NCBI GenBank assembly: GCA_036172245.1
Contig: JAYWIR010000022.1
Span: forward strand, 2,914,001-2,978,000
Reading direction: 5' to 3'
DNA: 64,000 nucleotides
From: Raillietiella orientalis
Taxonomy: Eukaryota
Under the pieces are notes generated by a model. That model was given only the letters and a program-made list of their open reading frames with translations, was not told where the DNA came from and searched no databases. Of this stretch, positions 27,001 to 39,579 are shown in pieces. The first letter of the stretch is position 1; each line of letters opens with the position of its first letter. Made by a program: the position numbers and the translations under genes.

Positions 27001-30000
27001 ATGCACCCCGTCCTTAACCTTCCTCTCTTCGTTTTGTATCTCCTGAAGTATTTGGCCCTTGGTGACGTGTATTGTCTTCTTGTACGTCTCTGCTTTTCTC
27101 CAGTCGCAAGGATGCTCACTTAGCAAAAATTTGTTCCCCCTGTCCCACGAACACCAGCGGGAACAAGAAATGCGTCAAGGACAGAAAACAGTGGGGGAAA
27201 AAGGATACGAACAGCAATGGGTCCACAAACTTGGTCCGGAGCTTCTGTACTCTGGAAATGAATTCTTTGCGGATGACCTCGGATGCGTTCCTGATGTCCA
27301 GAACACACGCTCTTGCCATGGACTCGACTGTTCTGATCAGGTTCTGCGCCTCCGTGGACGTCAGTATTTTTGTGCTTTGGCTTTCCAGCTTGGTTAGCGC
27401 CGATTCCAAGTTGGAAGCGATCTTGCGCATGACGGCGTAGTCTTCCCGAGCGTTCGAGACGGCTCCTTCCAGCTCGTCGGGCACTTGCTGAAGATGGAAA
27501 GAACGCGCTTGAGATGGCACCACCGGAATCTCGAACCAGAGCTTACGGCCATCCTTTCTCGCAACTCGGACGACTGCGATTCCAGCTTCCGGATGCGAAC
27601 TGTGGCCTCATCCGAACAGAGGGATTGCTTCAGATCGGAGGCGTCCTTCAGAGCGGCTTCCTCCGCGTTTTGCAGGCACTCCTTCATCGCGGCAACCAGC
27701 AAGCTTTTGTCCTGCGCGTAGCTACGTTTCGAACTCCCCACCAGTTCAAGGACACTCTGGGCAATCCTGAAGGACCAAGGAAACTGGGACCCGCTCTCTC
27801 CTTCGTACACTTCCCTCCTCAAGTATACGCTGGCGAGGTCCTCCTTCGAACGACCGTCCCGACCGCGGTCAAACAGTGCCGTGCACCACGGGTTTTCGGC
27901 ATCTTCGTCGTCAGCGAGTTGTGCAGCTTCGTCACGGTTCTAAAATGGTGCACCGGCCATTCAGTTCGATGCGGTGCGGCACCGCATGGACACGTTCGTG
28001 TCGAACGAGAAATGCGCCAGTCCTCCTGAAGCACTTCGACGTGACTGTCATCGAAAGCCGTTCCACCTGGAACGCGGCTGTCTAGACGGGAGGATGGCAT
28101 TGGAATTCGCTCGAACCAGACCTGCTCCCGGCTTTCGGTGTCTTTTTCGCCGGTAACGGGCGTCCCTCTCCCCCACGGTGAAACAGTCCTGACCCCTTGC
28201 CCTGTTCAAGCGCATGAGTGTGCGCTGTGCAATCCGTGAGCAGGTTCGTACGAATCTTGCTGAAGAGTTTCTTTTCCCCTCTTCCTCTCTTAACGAATAA
28301 GAGAGAAGGAAAGGATTCGAGTTTGGAAGAGATCGGGACGGATGGAAAGAAGAAGCACGGAGCTGTTCGACCCAGGTCACCAAGGAGGGGTGGATGCCGA
28401 AGAGACAACGGAGCAAGAGTTTGCTTTTGCTCCGTTGATTTCGAAAGCGCAGCTAACGGGGAGCCCTCAGACGCGAGCAACAGGCACGTGCGACGTCTCA
28501 GATGGACAGATTCCGAGCAAACACGAACACACGCACTTGTGCCCCATCATTCGGTAACCGGAGCATGGGACAACTCAGGGAAGGATGGAAGTGCTCGAAC
28601 CGGGTCCCTCCGCCGTTTTCGCCGGCCCTTCTAATTGAAGCTGGGCAGTTCTGACTGAGAGGAAAGACGGAGGAAAGCGCCCGCCATTCTTGCGTATTTG
28701 TTTCGAGCAGTTAGCCATGGGCAAATGGAAATTTCTCCCTGAGAGTCCTTCCGTTTTGCTGGTTGTCGAAGCAGCAAAACGAAAGGGATGTATTCTCAAT
28801 CCCCATCCCACCCACCCCACTTAGAGGCGACGATCCCACCTTGTATTATGTTATGGTCTGTTGCCGACCATGTGGGTCAGGATGACTCTTGTCGAAAGCT
28901 TCTGGCGAGCTTTTCTCTACTCACTTCTTCATTTCGGAGGAGCTTTTCGATCAGCTGCTCAATCGCACCGAGACAACTGTCGACCTGGATCACGTGTTCT
29001 TCGCACTGGGAGATCGACACCTTCTTCTCTTCACGTACCCTATTTTTTTTTTTTTTTTTTAGAAAACAATCATGTTCCATCATTTCTCCTCTTCCCAATT
29101 CCCTGCAGGGCTACAGAAAAAAAAAGAAAAAAGAAAAAAAAAGCAGGTCACTGGGCCCAAACGGTTTTGTATCTGACGGAAAACCTCTGATGGGCACTGT
29201 TGGAGGGAACGACCTGTGAAATTTCCGGGTTCAAGCTGAGCAAGGAAGGAACTCAGGGACAGACTCTTAAAGCTTTGAGCAGCGCGGTCAAATCGTCGAA
29301 TCGTTTCTGCAGTGAAATCAGAGAGAACAGCAGAAGAAGAAGAAGCAAAACGAAGACCAAGTTAGAGGGTTTTGTGCGTATGTATAGAGGATGGAATCGA
29401 CATGCACTCTATGCAGGAACGAAATAGAAATAGTAGAGGTAACGAGATTTTGCAAATTTCACAGACAGTCACCGGCGCAAAAGACAGTAATCAATAGGAA
29501 GGGCAGACTTTTTCCGAACCATCCCACACCGTCAGTCACTCAGCGCAGTCTTCATCCTTAGTCTAGAGCACCTGGACTCCAGCTCCAGAAATGCCACTGC
29601 TACTGAGAAATTTGTTCTCTCGATCTCTTTCACCGAAGCACTCTTTTGAATTTTGGCTTTCGTGTTCAATAGAGCACTCTCAAATTCCTGGACGAGGGCG
29701 AACATCGATTCGACAGGGCAGGAGTCACAATAGTCTGCGTTACCTGAACATGTTTGTTCAGCCTCTCGGGGGCGGATGCCACCACGTCAGCGAGCACGTT
29801 TTCTTCTTTCTCGATGTCGGTCAGTAGCGACCCGCAAGATTCCAACAATTCAAGTAAGAGCTGATGCAAGTGTTCCGAGAGGCTGGTCACATACCTCTCT
29901 GCAGCTTCCAGTTTCTGCTAACGGAAAGCTTTCCCTATGCATTCCCCGTGAAGAGAAACCCCTTACCAGCGCCTCATGATTTGCCTTCTGCCGCTTCGAG

Positions 30001-33000
30001 TCCATGTCACTTACGTAGTCGTCAAACCCTTTCGCTTCTTCCAGAAGGTCGTCCAACTCGTATTCTGAGCTGATAAACAGCTGCCTATACTCGTCGATTT
30101 TGGCCTTCGCTCTCTGGAACTCTGTTTGTCTGTCCTGCTCCAGACGGGCGAAAATGTCTTCCCTGAAATCTTCTGCAACATACAGGAAAAGAAACACTTA
30201 AGCATGCTAACACGCGAATGGGGACGTATGTCCATCACATTTTTGAAATTGAAAGTATGGCAGGCGACCATCAGTAGCTACTCCTTAGCTACTGATGGTG
30301 GCCCGCTCTTCCAAAATTGAGACCAACTTGCAAAAGCCCCCTACCCAGTTGTATCTTCCGATCGGAAGGACCACGTTCAAAGATGTAGCTGCTAGAAGAA
30401 AGAAAAGAATGCCACTCTTGCTTCTCTGTTCGGAATCGTTCAGTGTCGACGAGAAAAAGGAAATGGAATATCTTTTTTTTCTTTTCAAGAGTCCGGAAGC
30501 CCAAAGGCATTCTTCCGATAAGCGTCTCGTGAATTGAGCCGACTTCAAATCACTCGTGGCGAAAAACCACGCACTGACTGAGGAGACATGCGCACAGCGG
30601 GTCGTCAAGAGCTGAGAATCCATTTCGCATCCCTGAGCTACCTCTGCAGGCGACCTGACTTTGCCCTCGAGTGCGCTTTCTCAATCTTGTTTACAATGGT
30701 CTTGTCTCATTCAACGTGCATTCCACGTCGCACCAAGAACTGTCAACCCAGCAAACACACGCGCGCGCGCAAATTCCCAATTTGAATTCTTCCGGTCCAT
30801 AGGTCGAATTTTTAAGGAAGAACGAGAGGAAACACTAGCAATCACGGCATCATCCTAAAATGAGATTACGAAGAACAGTGGAGGGGATGCAAAAGCACTA
30901 CAGATGAATTCCAAGCACTTTCGCTGTTCCCTGTGGTGAAACGGGTTCCGTGGAATGTCACAGCTGCGGCGAAGCGAACCGCTCTAAAGTGGGAATCGTG
31001 GCAGCCTCTTTGGGCGTTTGCTAGACAAGATCATTCGTCGCAGGCGTGGCCAGGGGTGAGAAAGAATCTAAACAGGAAACAGTGCCTCCCGGATCTCTTT
31101 TAGGTGTCGGCCTTCAAACACCGTCTCAGTACCGCGCAACAAACTCAGGGTAATAAGTCGCAAGTCGATGAGAAGTAAGACGTATCGTGGAACTCCATGG
31201 CAACCACCGTTCCGCCTCCCAGACAAAAACAAACGGCGAAGATGGCGGCGAGTCTGTCCTTGCTTGTGTTCCTCGCGTTGCACGAAGGCTCGATGTTATT
31301 GGAAAGTCTGAACAATCAGAAGACTCAAGTCGTTACGAATCCCATCGTGAAGAGACTTCCAAAAGCTTTTCATCGCTTTCAACATTAACCGCATCTTCCT
31401 ACAGCATCTTCGATTCGTGGCAGAGCACGCCCGTCGCACTCGCGCGCGGAAGAGACCCGCTACAAGTGGGGAGCGTCCTGACGTGCAGCAGAAACATGAC
31501 GACGGTCGAGTGGCCATCAGCTACTAAGGCACTCCTGTTTGAGCCGTCCACCAAGTTGGTTGTTCGGAGTTTCGCTACGATGCATCGGCGGGCGGGCCAC
31601 GGAGGTCGATTGCTATCCTTTGGAGACTTCCGCGTTCAGAGACGCTTTCATCAGCAGCGGCAGGGTCCTGGCCAGGATAGTCTCCTCGCTTATCTTACTT
31701 TAGCCCTCCTCTTTTTTTCACTTTTTCGAAAGCATTTTGTAAATCCGCGAATGAGTCGTTTGAGTTCTGAGGTGGCCGTGAATTCATAGCTTGCCGCTTC
31801 GTTTTTCATCAGCGCGCTGGAAGGACCTCAGAGTTGCATTCCTCCAAAAGCGACAACAGCATCTTCAACATCATGGACCACAGCAGAGTTTACCTCGAAG
31901 AAACCTACGATCATTCCTCAAGGGAAGCCATCTAATGTCGAACGTCGCTAGCTCATTCGTTAATGGGAAGGGAGGTGCACAGCGGCGGCGGAGGGGAAAG
32001 CGAAGCTCTACGAGGCACAAAGGAAAGCAGCAAGAAACCACCTGTCTGCAAATCACAAAGAGGAACCTCTTTTCGTGAACACCCTGACTCAGGAGGGAAG
32101 GTTTCCAGTCCACTTGGGAGCTGGAAGGTTTCCAAGTGCTTCTACGTAGATGCTCAATGCAGCCGCGGCATCACCTTCCTGAATCCACGAGGGAGCAAAC
32201 CTCCCGAGAGCGATGATGGAATCTTCGACTGGAAGAGCTCTTCCTGCCTTCCCTTTCCGCCTCTCCTCGCTCAGCGCAAGCGACGAATCAGGCATCCGAA
32301 AGATACCGGATTCTCGTTTTTGGGATCGTCGTCTTCAGTCCCCCTGGTTACGGGTCAGATGCTCCTTTCCAGATACATCCACGCAACACTCGGATCCAGT
32401 TTTCGCTCCTTTTTTTTGTCCTTAGAGAGGAGCCAGAAAGGAGTCTCCCTGTGCGCGTTTCTTCGACGCTCAACGACGCGGCACGACCTGTCAAGGGTTT
32501 GAAGGCTCCTCGCTCGCTTCCCGCGAGAAGATCAAGAGAACGTGTGCTTCTCACATGTGGCAAATGCCAGGTATCGTACTCTCGCCAGCACCAGCAGTCG
32601 CGAAACCAACATGAGCTTCAGCAGTAGAACGGGGAAATGGTTTTGCGCACGCACACCTCCGGGTCTGCAATGAGAAAGGCGGTGGCCGATGGCGGACACC
32701 AGGAATTTCTAAAGGCCTCCCGGCTCTGCGAGGAAACACGGAAGAAAAAGCAGGAAAGGCAGTTCCAAAACGGGAAAAAAAGATAAAAAAGAGATGCCAT
32801 CATCACTGTCATGTTTACAGACCGAGTAAAAGATGAAACAAGCAACAACCATCGATGTAACTGAGGACCGATGCCGCGCCCCTATTTTGTTGTTATGATG
32901 CCCATCTCCGGAGCTTTCGCTCAAGAGGTTTCAGTAAAAGTAGCCTTATCATTACGGGAACCGACGTGTTTCTTTCTTAATTGGTGGCGCATGGTGCAGA

Positions 33001-35440
33001 CAGGTGACAGGTCGGGGCTACTGCAACGGGCCCGCGCTGAGAACGGCATCCAGTTTTCGCAAAATCGTTAAAGGTATCGGTACTGAGATAAAAAAATATT
33101 TCATGATCCATTTTTATCATTTTTAATTTGGCAAGGTCTATCTGACATCGTTTTCTCGGGAGTGCAATCCTACAAGTCACAAAGTCTTGTGCTAATGTAA
33201 ACCAAATATCGGACACATACATGGATGGATGACACATATCATTCCCGCGAGTTCATGTATACGAACAACACATATGTGAAACGCTAAAGCTGTAACATAC
33301 ATGGTTGCCATCATCATCCACATGACGTTTTTAGATTGTAATCCATCGTCCTCTAGCTGGGATATTTACTCGGAATCGTCACTATTAAATTTATCATTTA
33401 CCAAAAAAAAAAAAAAAACTGATGCAAGTCAGATACTTGGTTTTATCAACTTTTCACTGAACTGATACTTATGGGATGTAGAGTGTTTCACTGTTTTCAT
33501 AGAGTTTCACTTATCATTACTTCACAATGCTGGCAGTTTATTTACGAAGGATGATTGCAGTGAACTGATATTCAGGAGTCACCCCGGATCAGACTCTAAA
33601 ATCTGTTTCGACTCGTTGAAGGATTCACACTTCATGCAGCAATCTCATCTTATAGAAGAAATGATCGTGTTCTCACAGCTCTTGGGATCGCTCCCTATCC
33701 ACTCAGCAGGCACCAGCTAATCCCTTATCGTAAGGGAAGTAAATTGCATTTTGCACTGTGGAGTAAGGGCAAGGAAAACATCCAGCGATGATAATTACAC
33801 GGGCTTGGTTGTTTTATTCACGTATCTTCCGTTGAATTGAGCAGGATCGATCTAGTCTTTTCTTTAAAGACGTTTGCTGCTTGAGGAACATCCAAACCCG
33901 AGCCATGGCATGCCCATTACATCTAGCTACCACCTCGAAAAATCTTGGAATCTTAGAAGAGCAACGCAACGAATACCAAGATGTTTAACAATTATATTAT
34001 TTGTAACCATTATAAAGAAATAAATGAAATTTCATGCCTGAAGCGATTGATTGAGATCTCTTTAGTATCTTAAGCATAATGCTGCTTCAGAATTCCACGT
34101 GGAAATGTCATAAAAATTGCAATTTTGCACATAAAGCTGATAACTGAGTCACTGTACAAATCCACAATCGGTGCTGACAATAAAAGGCATTTCTACCAAT
34201 ACATCAAGAAGGACCGATGTCTGTTACAAACTTTGTAATATTATACATGTACATATGGAAAGAATGAGGATAGTAACGATTCTTCCGTTTTCACGATAAA
34301 ATTTATCATGATTAGCGGATATCGATTCTTTCTTCCATTTTTCATTTTAATATCCTTACTTTTTTCTTTTGAGAATACAAATTCTGCGTTACTTGAAATC
34401 ACAATTAGCTATATACAGCAACAAAATGGCTCCTAATTGTTAAATGTACTAATGCAGAGTAATACGATAGTGCATACCCAACTTGCAATGCAAATCTTTG
34501 GTCTGTGTACATATCGATTTACAGGTGTTTGGAATTCTTTCTCCTTGAAGTCCCATGAAAAACTGCTTCATGAGGTCAAACGTGTATTCCAAATTTTCTG
34601 TAAAGATACGTCTAAAGAACCTCAAGTCCGTAACTTCAACTGCCTTTGGAGCTGAGCTGTTCTTTCTGCTGCGTAATCGGGTGGAAACTCGATTTAAGGC
34701 CACAATGAATTCTTCAACTTACTGCAGTTCCTGTAAGAGCTCTTGCTTACGCTCCCGATAAAAACGTCGATGCCTTTCTTCAAATAAATGATGTAAGAAA
34801 AACGATTGTTCCTCAGCAATAGATTGCAACTGATATTCAAGATCAACAAAAAATCGCAAGTTATTGAGCACTTCCAGATTGATTTGCTGAAACAGCAACA
34901 TAATAACGCAATTCATTCGCAAAATGGATGTACCAGGCAATACTTCTCCATGTGAGCACTAAGTTGTGATAAAGAAAGAACTCCTAGCTTGCTAACAACA
35001 GCATAATGATTAGAGAGCACTGCTTGCAAAGAGGTGTGGCGGTCCTTTTCTACTTGAATTAAGGAAAAAAAGAAGTTTGTTATGACTTCTACTTTTTTAT
35101 CAAGCTGTTCCTGTACTGGTGTAAAATCCAACTGATGAGCATTCTAGAGTGACAGCTAATAAAGAGTAAATATGTTTTGGACAAATACATCAAGCTGAGT
35201 AGCTATCTCATCATGGCATTTGTCAATTTCATTTTCAAGCTGCAACACTAACTCTTTTATGCATTTCTCAAGTTGCTGTGCAATTTGGGTGAGTTGCTTT
35301 TGCACATCAGCAATTGCACTGTTGTGTTTATCCAGCAATTTTAGTTGGAAACATCTACTGGGCCCATGGCTTGGGAGAAAAACATCGAGCAAACACACTG
35401 CATTCACATCATCAGTACTGATTAGATTTGATAGAGATTC
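21040..35440 (-). CDS. Multi-exon coiled-coil protein, CCDC180 (DUF4455/DUF4456)-like; exon set incomplete and both ends uncertain
   Basis: Spliced helical exons run in CCDC180-like order: KLLDKHNSAIADVQKQL (~35350), QINLEVLNNLRFFVDL (~34880), EDFREDIFARLEQ..YELDDLLEEAK (~30100), exons at 29670-29890, 28880-29040, 27200-27770 and 26620-26860, and CRPNLSLHSQKVRLESLDEE (~24230). Possible C-terminus FLRGFERQLWRL/LQRSWVEAAHLV (21040-21240). The first introns are 45-57 nt GT-AG and keep frame. The family call is from recalled similarity. Confidence 0.55.
30263..30303. repeat. Perfect 14-bp inverted repeat with 5-nt loop
   Basis: ACCATCAGTAGCTA-CTCCT-TAGCTACTGATGGT (30267-30299), extended by 3 G-C pairs after one mismatch. 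Confidence 0.9.
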
Positions 35441-35499
35441 CTGGACAAAAGGCAACAGTAATCAAATGTCAATCAATGCATTTGACCAGAACACCCTCC

Positions 35500-37303
35500 C
35501 TAATTCTTTTGCTCAAGAGCAGTTTGAGCATGAGAAGGCATAAATAGTGGACCTTCTTGCACATACAACTTAAACTGTGCTACAGTTGCAGCACCAAACA
35601 CAAGAAGAGAAGACTTTGAATGGGCGAGTACAGAGATCACTTCAAACTTGGCCTGAAGCCCAGCAATTTCAGTTTCAGTGCTGCGATCCAGTAGATATTC
35701 CACAAATCCTAGAACTCATGTGTCATCCAATAGGCTACAAAGACATACCTGGTATGGCAGCTAATGCCTGCTGAGCCCAGCCAAAATGCACTAGAGAAGT
35801 CAACACAGCCAAGGCTGCACCATGAATGCTCATAATTGGTTGTTGACAAAGACTTATTATGTAAGTGCAGGGTTCTCTGCCCAAAAGTCCAACCCAACTT
35901 TGCATAACATTGCTGAACTCTTCACTAATTTCCTGAGCATCCACATGCAAAATGTTTGACAAACAGAACAGAGTTCGAACACGCATCTCTAGGGCTGCAT
36001 CTCTCAATAATTTGCCCATTGCCTCAAAACAGTGCTCAGTAAATTGAGCATGTGCGCTCAGCACATGTTTGCCTTCTAAGCTTCTTCCAAGTAGTCCCAA
36101 TACATCCAAAACCGCTCCTTGTATTGCAGGATTATTTGTGTCATTAATGAAATTCGTAAATAAAGTGAATAAATTCGGATGCGAATGACACACAGTCTGT
36201 GGATGGACATTGGCTGCTGCTCCAAAAAACTTCAAAATAGCTGCAAAAGAAAACCATATGTGAAACAACAAATTTTTGCACTACTAACTAGGAATGGCAA
36301 GACTGTTGAAAGATGATAACATGTGCTCCAAATGTGCCACCACTCCTTGAGATTCCAAGAATTCCCACCCAAAACTAGTGAGAGCTAGAGAAGCTAATAG
36401 CTCTATCACATTCATCTGAAGCAGAATATCAGTACTGAATAAATCTTCCAGAAGAGGCTTAAGAAGGTTTTGTGCATAACATATATCAAGGCCACTTTTA
36501 GATAACACTGATGTAGAGATTAGAAGCTGCAAAAAGTAAGTGGTTAAAGCAACATACTTTTTCATACTGACTTCATAAACACGTAATCTTATAATTTCTG
36601 AATCCAACTTTGTGACTGTTAGCTGATGCAGTACGTCCTCATAAGAAAATACGCTCAACCATTCCGAACTTTTACATAAAACTTTCAAAATAGATAAACA
36701 GTGCAAGGCTAACTCCTCCTGATCTTCTTTCATTAAACAAATGCATTTTAAAACAATAATTCCATCAGATAAAATATCTTCTGAAGCTTCTAATGCACAT
36801 CTCTCTATCTGGGGGGAAAATAACAAACAAATTGGGATTGAATACGCAAAATTAAAACTGGAAAAAAATAAACTCTTAGATCAATGTTAAACAACAGGCA
36901 TTAACATCACCAAACATCCAAATACAAGCGATTCATGTTTACCGGTAAGAAAGCCCTTTCAACTAAAGTACCTGTTTTAAGGCGATGCGCTTCACAAGAA
37001 CATGCCTGTGGGAAAGAAGAAAAATTAAAACACTTCCATAGTTTTCAAGAAGTTCTTTGCAGTCGTGGGCTTCAAACAGTTTGGGCAATATGGAGGTGAG
37101 AATTTCCAACTTTTCCCTGGAAATGAACTGCATAAGCAGGTTTTTTCTCACATTCGCACTTACTCATCTTGACTCTCCAAACACTGTATCAAGTTATTTG
37201 AGCTCGCATTCTTCATAAAACTTTTGCGTTCTTCCCGTGTGCAATTACTCAGGTATATGCTTAAATTACGCAAACTTTCAACATCACCAAAGTCGGTCAC
37301 CAT
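35500..37303 (-). CDS. PSMD5: 26S proteasome non-ATPase regulatory subunit 5 (S5b assembly chaperone), 6 exons
   Basis: Exons 37303-37164, 37116-36972, 36808-36572, 36526-36289, 36240-35749 and 35708-35500; GT-AG, in frame. Motifs IRLRVYE, DILLQMNVIELL, LGLLGRSLEGK, GFVEYLLDRSTE...AKFEV...YVQEGPLF. Confidence 0.9.
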
Positions 37304-39579
37304 TGCACCTTGCTGCTTTTCCAGTCTTCCTGATGCCAGTTACGTGCACAGGTCCTGCGGCCCTGTGGCGTGCATCCCAAAGTGGTTTGTGCTTCGAGCA
37401 GCCACTTCGAACGTACTTCAGGGGAACCGGCGTGGCTCAGTTCGGACATAGCCACGCAAAACCTCCACTCTGGCCACGGCGCAGCCTTACAAGTTGAATG
37501 TTTCACCCATTGTTACGTTGGCTGCCGTTCTCCATTCGAATTTGCAGTGGAGCGGGGCAAGGGAACCACGGAGAAGTGGTGGATAACCACGTGGTTGCCA
37601 CTTCTTCGCGAACCGATGGAAGATTGCCCTCGTCCCCGTGAAAGCAGTGGTGGCAGGGAGGGAGGACTTGCTCTTATGGTTGCAAATTCATTCCCCATTT
37701 GACATGCTGACCTGTGCAGCGTTATTCGGTTTATGAGAAAATTGGACTCGGGCGCTATGGGGTCATCCCTTATCTCCTTGTTTTGTTGTGCATGGTTTTT
37801 TCCTGATAGAAATTTCCTAGAAGGCGGGCGATAGAATGGTCTCGTTTCTCTCCATGGATGCTTCTTCGAAAGCATAAGAGCTTAAAGAAGGAAATTGGCC
37901 TTCAGGAAACTACCAGAGCAGTTTTTATATTGTTCGTTGTGGTCCACATGATTTCACATTTAAATGTGCTGTTTTCAGGTCAAATGGCTGTTGTTTGTTT
38001 GAAAGAATAATGACAATGGTTACAGAGAAATGCATTTAAAAAAAGCAGCGAAAGGATCAAACTTCAATTCATCACTATGCAATTTTTTTTATGTTCTGTC
38101 TTTTTAGTGCCTTTGAATGAATATCTCCTTTTCAAGGATAGAAACCGATTGCAGTTCCATAAGAGACTAGAGCTAGCTATCAATTTTACGGATAGATAAC
38201 TGGGCTTGAGAGATAATGACAAAATCTAAACGAGAAGTTGGCTCTGAGGAAGCACGCAATTAAATTTGGAAAACTCGAATTATAGATTTCTACTATTCGC
38301 TCCTAATACTTAAAATGTCATTTGGTCTCCTGCATACATATTTAACTCCACTATTGTAAACTTGCCAAAACTCAGTCATCAAGAACAAACAAGAACTCTA
38401 AGAAAATCTAAGAAACACTGTGAAAGCCATAACAGCAGATACCACGTTGCAAAAGACCCTGCCAAAACCACTGCATCTGGGCTGCTTTGTCTGAAATAGG
38501 CACATCTTTTTTTTGCTAAAATGTTTCTTGGTCAGCAGGGATACTCACTGCATCAGTAAACATCCCCTAGCATTTTGGCATGGATGAGTGGTGCAACTTT
38601 ATAGTTCTCAAATTCTGAAAGCTGCTCAGTGATTTATTTTATAAATTATCCAGCAGGAAAAAAAATAATACCTACATTTCTGCAAAACAGAATCAGTAGG
38701 GCCAAACTTTGAAAATTCATAACCATGAAGAGACAAGCAGATTACTGAATAAAGGATTTTCGTTTGTTTATATAGAAAGTCTATTCTGAAGTAGGGGATT
38801 AGCAAAGAGACCACCATTCCACACATTAATTTGTTAATAAGGAAGTAACCATTTTTTAAATTTCCCTAAAATAAAATCGGAATTAAGTCATAAAATCAGG
38901 AAATGAGCCCAGTATATCCGTTCTGCAACGAGAGAGTATACAGAATTCTAAGTATCGAGGAAATCCTATTTCGAATACAGAAAATAATTTGCAAAAAAAA
39001 TCATTGTCTCCAAAGAGTATACGATTCTTTTGAAACCATTTTTCGAACATATATGGCTGATATATCCTTAAAAAGTGTGTTTCGGGTTTTAGAACGAATA
39101 GAAGCAGTTTTTGTTTAGCAGTTTGCACTTTTATGTCTGATTGAGTCCGAGAAACAAATTTAAAATTTTAATCTAAAAACATCAAAAGAAACCATAAAAT
39201 TCATTACTCATGAAAATCATGAATATACTTGCTTTAAAAAATACGAGCATGACAGAAATTAGATTTCAGGAACTGTTTTGACATAAATTTAATAGTGAAT
39301 GAAAGTCATAACATTCCGCAGTCGAGTGTAGAAGTTTTTCAGTTTAATTTGAGCTCGAAGTGAAATTAGATGGAAACTGAAATTAGAAACCATTTTTATT
39401 TCGTGGCGTGTTGAGATGAAAGACGAAATCTTCGCCATCGCAATGGAAGTTTTCTTTTTCGCACTGAGCTCACACATATTAAGAAAAGCAATGCACAGGT
39501 AAAGAGGAAGAGACATTTCTACCATTTTCTCCTCAATTCGTCCTCGTGAATGAATTGTGATTCTTTAGCAATCTCATTA

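Noticed and set aside
31187..31789. 200-aa plus-strand ORF as a nested gene
   Set aside because: Non-ATG start, no recognisable motif and no supporting splice or poly(A) signals.
35441..35502. Stop-codon readthrough fusing PSMD5 to the downstream gene
   Set aside because: Unspliced readthrough hits TGA after a few codons, and the GT donors in the gap that would give a plausible intron length do not restore the frame.
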